33,419 nucleotides of DNA from Bigelowiella natans CCMP2755. Taxonomy: Eukaryota > Protista > Cercozoa. Position numbers and translations under genes: made by a program. How positions within the stretch are numbered: the stretch's first letter is position 1; each line of letters opens with the position of its first letter. Of this stretch, positions 31,598 to 33,419 are shown piece by piece. Where the stretch lies: assembly GCA_000320545.1 (NCBI GenBank), contig ADNK01002941.1, positions 1 through 33,419 on the forward strand, in the 5' to 3' direction. The notes beneath the pieces were generated by a model, which was not told the origin of the DNA, searched no databases, and was given only the letters and a program-made list of their open reading frames with translations.

Positions 31598-32217
31598 CTT
31601 GTATCCTGAGGAGTTTGATACCGCTTGTCAATCGTTCCTTTCTTCGTAAGTTTTGTCACACCCAAAGTCAGGGTCAAGACCTTATTCTTCTTGCTTTTCT
31701 CATCACAGGTCTTGTCTGTAGACTTATTCTTCTTGCTTTTCTTATCACAGGTCTTGTCTGTAGACTTGGGGAGACCACCCAATATTTTGCTTTTATCAAC
31801 TGGGGTAGGCACTTTGTATTGCTCTGCGAACTGCTCCCTGAGATTGTCGTAGTAAGAGTGTGCTGGAGGCGGTCCAACACCATTAAGCAGGTCTCGTATT
31901 TGTTGTGGATTTGTATACATATGTGCGACATCTCGCATATATTTGAGTAGTTTCTTGTTTCCCTTGTCCTTTTCCAGTGCCGAAACGATTATGGAGATAT
32001 TAGCATTCCATTTCTTCTCATAGTGTCCTTTCTTCAATTCCTCATTTTCATCCATTAGGATTTCATTAAAATCGCTCAACCATTTTACTCGCTTTTCCAA
32101 GTATTTCTCGTAATGTTTAAATCCAGGTTTTTCTACTGGAGCAGAATTCCACAATTCGTCCCAAGACAAGGGTCTCTGACTTTGAGCAAGTAGATTTAAG
32201 AGTGGTGTTTCCGCCAT
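31594..32217 (-). CDS. Hypothetical protein (207 aa unspliced; 479 aa if spliced to 30674)
   Basis: ORF track. Contains a 42-bp duplication (KSTDKTCDxKSKKN x2) and a basic TKKGTIDKRY motif. Confidence 0.75.
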   Translation of the reverse strand: MAETPLLNLLAQSQRPLSWDELWNSAPVEKPGFKHYEKYLEKRVKWLSDFNEILMDENEELKKGHYEKKWNANISIIVSALEKDKGNKKLLKYMRDVAHMYTNPQQIRDLLNGVGPPPAHSYYDNLREQFAEQYKVPTPVDKSKILGGLPKSTDKTCDKKSKKNKSTDKTCDEKSKKNKVLTLTLGVTKLTKKGTIDKRYQTPQDTR

Positions 32218-32395
32218 TGTAAGGAGTGTCGCCTTTTTTGGTGAAAATAATTAAATTGTAGGGCATTTTGAGAACATTTTTGCCCCTTGTGGAAATAATA
32301 AAAGTATTTAAAAATTGCAGGGGGTTTATCTTCACTAAAAATCGTGCAACACCACAAAATGAAACGGTGCAACACGAAAATATAACCGTATGGTA

Positions 32396-32507
32396 GTTTC
32401 ATTTTAGAGTATGTAACTTTTTGAGGTTTCATTTTAGAGTATGAAACTTTTTGGGGTTTCATTTTAGAGTATGAAACTTTTTGGGGTTTCATTTTAGAGT
32501 ATGAAAC
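32396..32507. repeat. 30-bp-period array of four palindromic sites
   Basis: GTTTCAT-TTTAGAGT-ATGAAAC at 32396 (one mismatch), 32426, 32456 and 32486, with 8-bp TTTTTG(A/G)G linkers. Confidence 0.92.
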
Positions 32508-32575
32508 CGTATACTTAAATATTTCTATTTTTAGAATTTAAATTATGTGAATTTACCGAAGCGAAAAGGCAATCT

Positions 32576-32678
32576 CAATGGGAGTGGGTCTAAAAATAAC
32601 CCATTCCAATGGGAGTGGGTCTATAAATAACCCATTCAAATGGGAGTGGGTCTAAAAATAACCCATTCCAATGGGTTA
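32576..32678. repeat. 31-bp tandem repeat x3 plus a partial copy
   Basis: CAATGGGAGTGGGTCTAAAAATAACCCATTC, with internal inverted AATGGG/CCCATT. Confidence 0.92.
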
Positions 32679-33419
32679 AAAATAGATTTGGACTCATTGC
32701 AATTGGGTATTTCCAAAATCCTATTAATAGCACCCCTTGGTATTAACCAAAGGCGATTTGTTTTTCCCCTGCTTGTCGTATTATCTTACTATCCCGCCAT
32801 TTTCCTCATATCTTTTACGAGGGCATTTATTTATTTTTTTTATCACAATTCCTTGTCGCAGGGTAAGGAATTGGTTGTAGCACTTTCCATTTTCTACAGT
32901 GTATCTCTAAAAAGAAATGCCCTCACTTCTAGGAATTTTCTACGAATCATAATTTAAAATTTCGCAGGAAAAAAATAGCAAATAAAAAATAATAAATAAA
33001 ATAGATGCTATTAGATACAAAGCCAAATGCAAATACAAGTCACGAAAATACATTACCTACTGACCTACTGAGACTCAAAATCAGCAGTTTTTAGCTTCCA
33101 TAGCACAATACAACTGAAATATTCAAAACACACAGAAATAAAAATATTTTCTTCAGGTATTTAGAAGGTAAAATGAGAAGGTAGAAGAGAAATTAGAAGT
33201 AAAAATGAGAAAACAGAACATTTGCTGGAAAAATACAACTGAGTTATCAACTGTGGACATTAGCAAGTTGTAAAAAATAGAAAAATAACTTTTAGTAGTG
33301 TTTCAGTTGGAAAGCTGAGAACTGAAAAATATTTGCTTGTAAATATAGATGTGTTTGTATGTAGCTGTAGCTACTACGACCTATTAACACTTCGCATCTC
33401 AGTGTGGAATACAATTTAG

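Larger units (their letters stand above)
16329..33419. mobile_element. Endogenous virophage (provirophage), left end and at least 17 kb; right end not seen
   Basis: Abrupt switch to gene-dense, AT-rich, mostly intronless DNA. Carries the four virophage core genes (MCP, penton, Cys protease, packaging ATPase) plus rve integrase. Starts with AG(TAA)n, like Polinton/Maverick termini. The exact first base is uncertain by a few nt. Confidence 0.9.

Noticed and set aside
32396-32507. CRISPR-like array (repeats begin GTTTC and end GAAAC)
   Set aside because: Linkers are only 8 bp and nearly identical, there are no cas genes, and the context is a eukaryotic virus.
32196-32957. ORFs 32196-32492 (-) and 32640-32957 (+)
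   Set aside because: They start within tandem arrays, lack the viral start context and show no recognisable motifs.
16329-33419. Classical Polinton/Maverick or Polinton-like virus
   Set aside because: The 607-aa MCP and 429-aa penton match virophage capsid proteins in size and motifs, and no pPolB is visible. A phylogeny would be decisive.

Overview
Eukaryotic (protist-like, intron-rich, microsatellite-laden) host DNA at 1-16.3 kb, followed by the left ~17 kb of an endogenous virophage (provirophage) from ~16,329 to the window edge. Host part: (i) a multi-exon + strand gene with Tudor/chromo-barrel-like segments and an OTU domain whose catalytic Cys and His are both replaced; (ii) a multi-exon - strand TPX2 homolog; (iii) two intergenic relics (8.9-10.3 kb, 15.3-16.3 kb) where TpA is almost absent except in CTAG/CTA/TAG contexts. 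Viral part: rve integrase, Kelch-repeat ORF, RNR small subunit, virophage major and minor capsid proteins, a basic core-like protein, lipase, adenain-like Cys protease, packaging ATPase, a two-TM protein and several unknowns. Most viral genes have a TCTA/TCTC motif ~13 nt upstream of the ATG. Main candidate for something new: two putative spliceosomal introns in the virus, each with a stop codon right after the GT donor. One would fuse the DDE integrase in frame to a coiled-coil/six-blade Kelch protein; the other would join two unknown ORFs across a ubiquitin-tail-like RLQGG. This may act as a nucleus-versus-cytoplasm splice switch (inference only; no transcript data). No right terminal repeat, polymerase or helicase is visible. 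Family assignments are from motifs read by eye.
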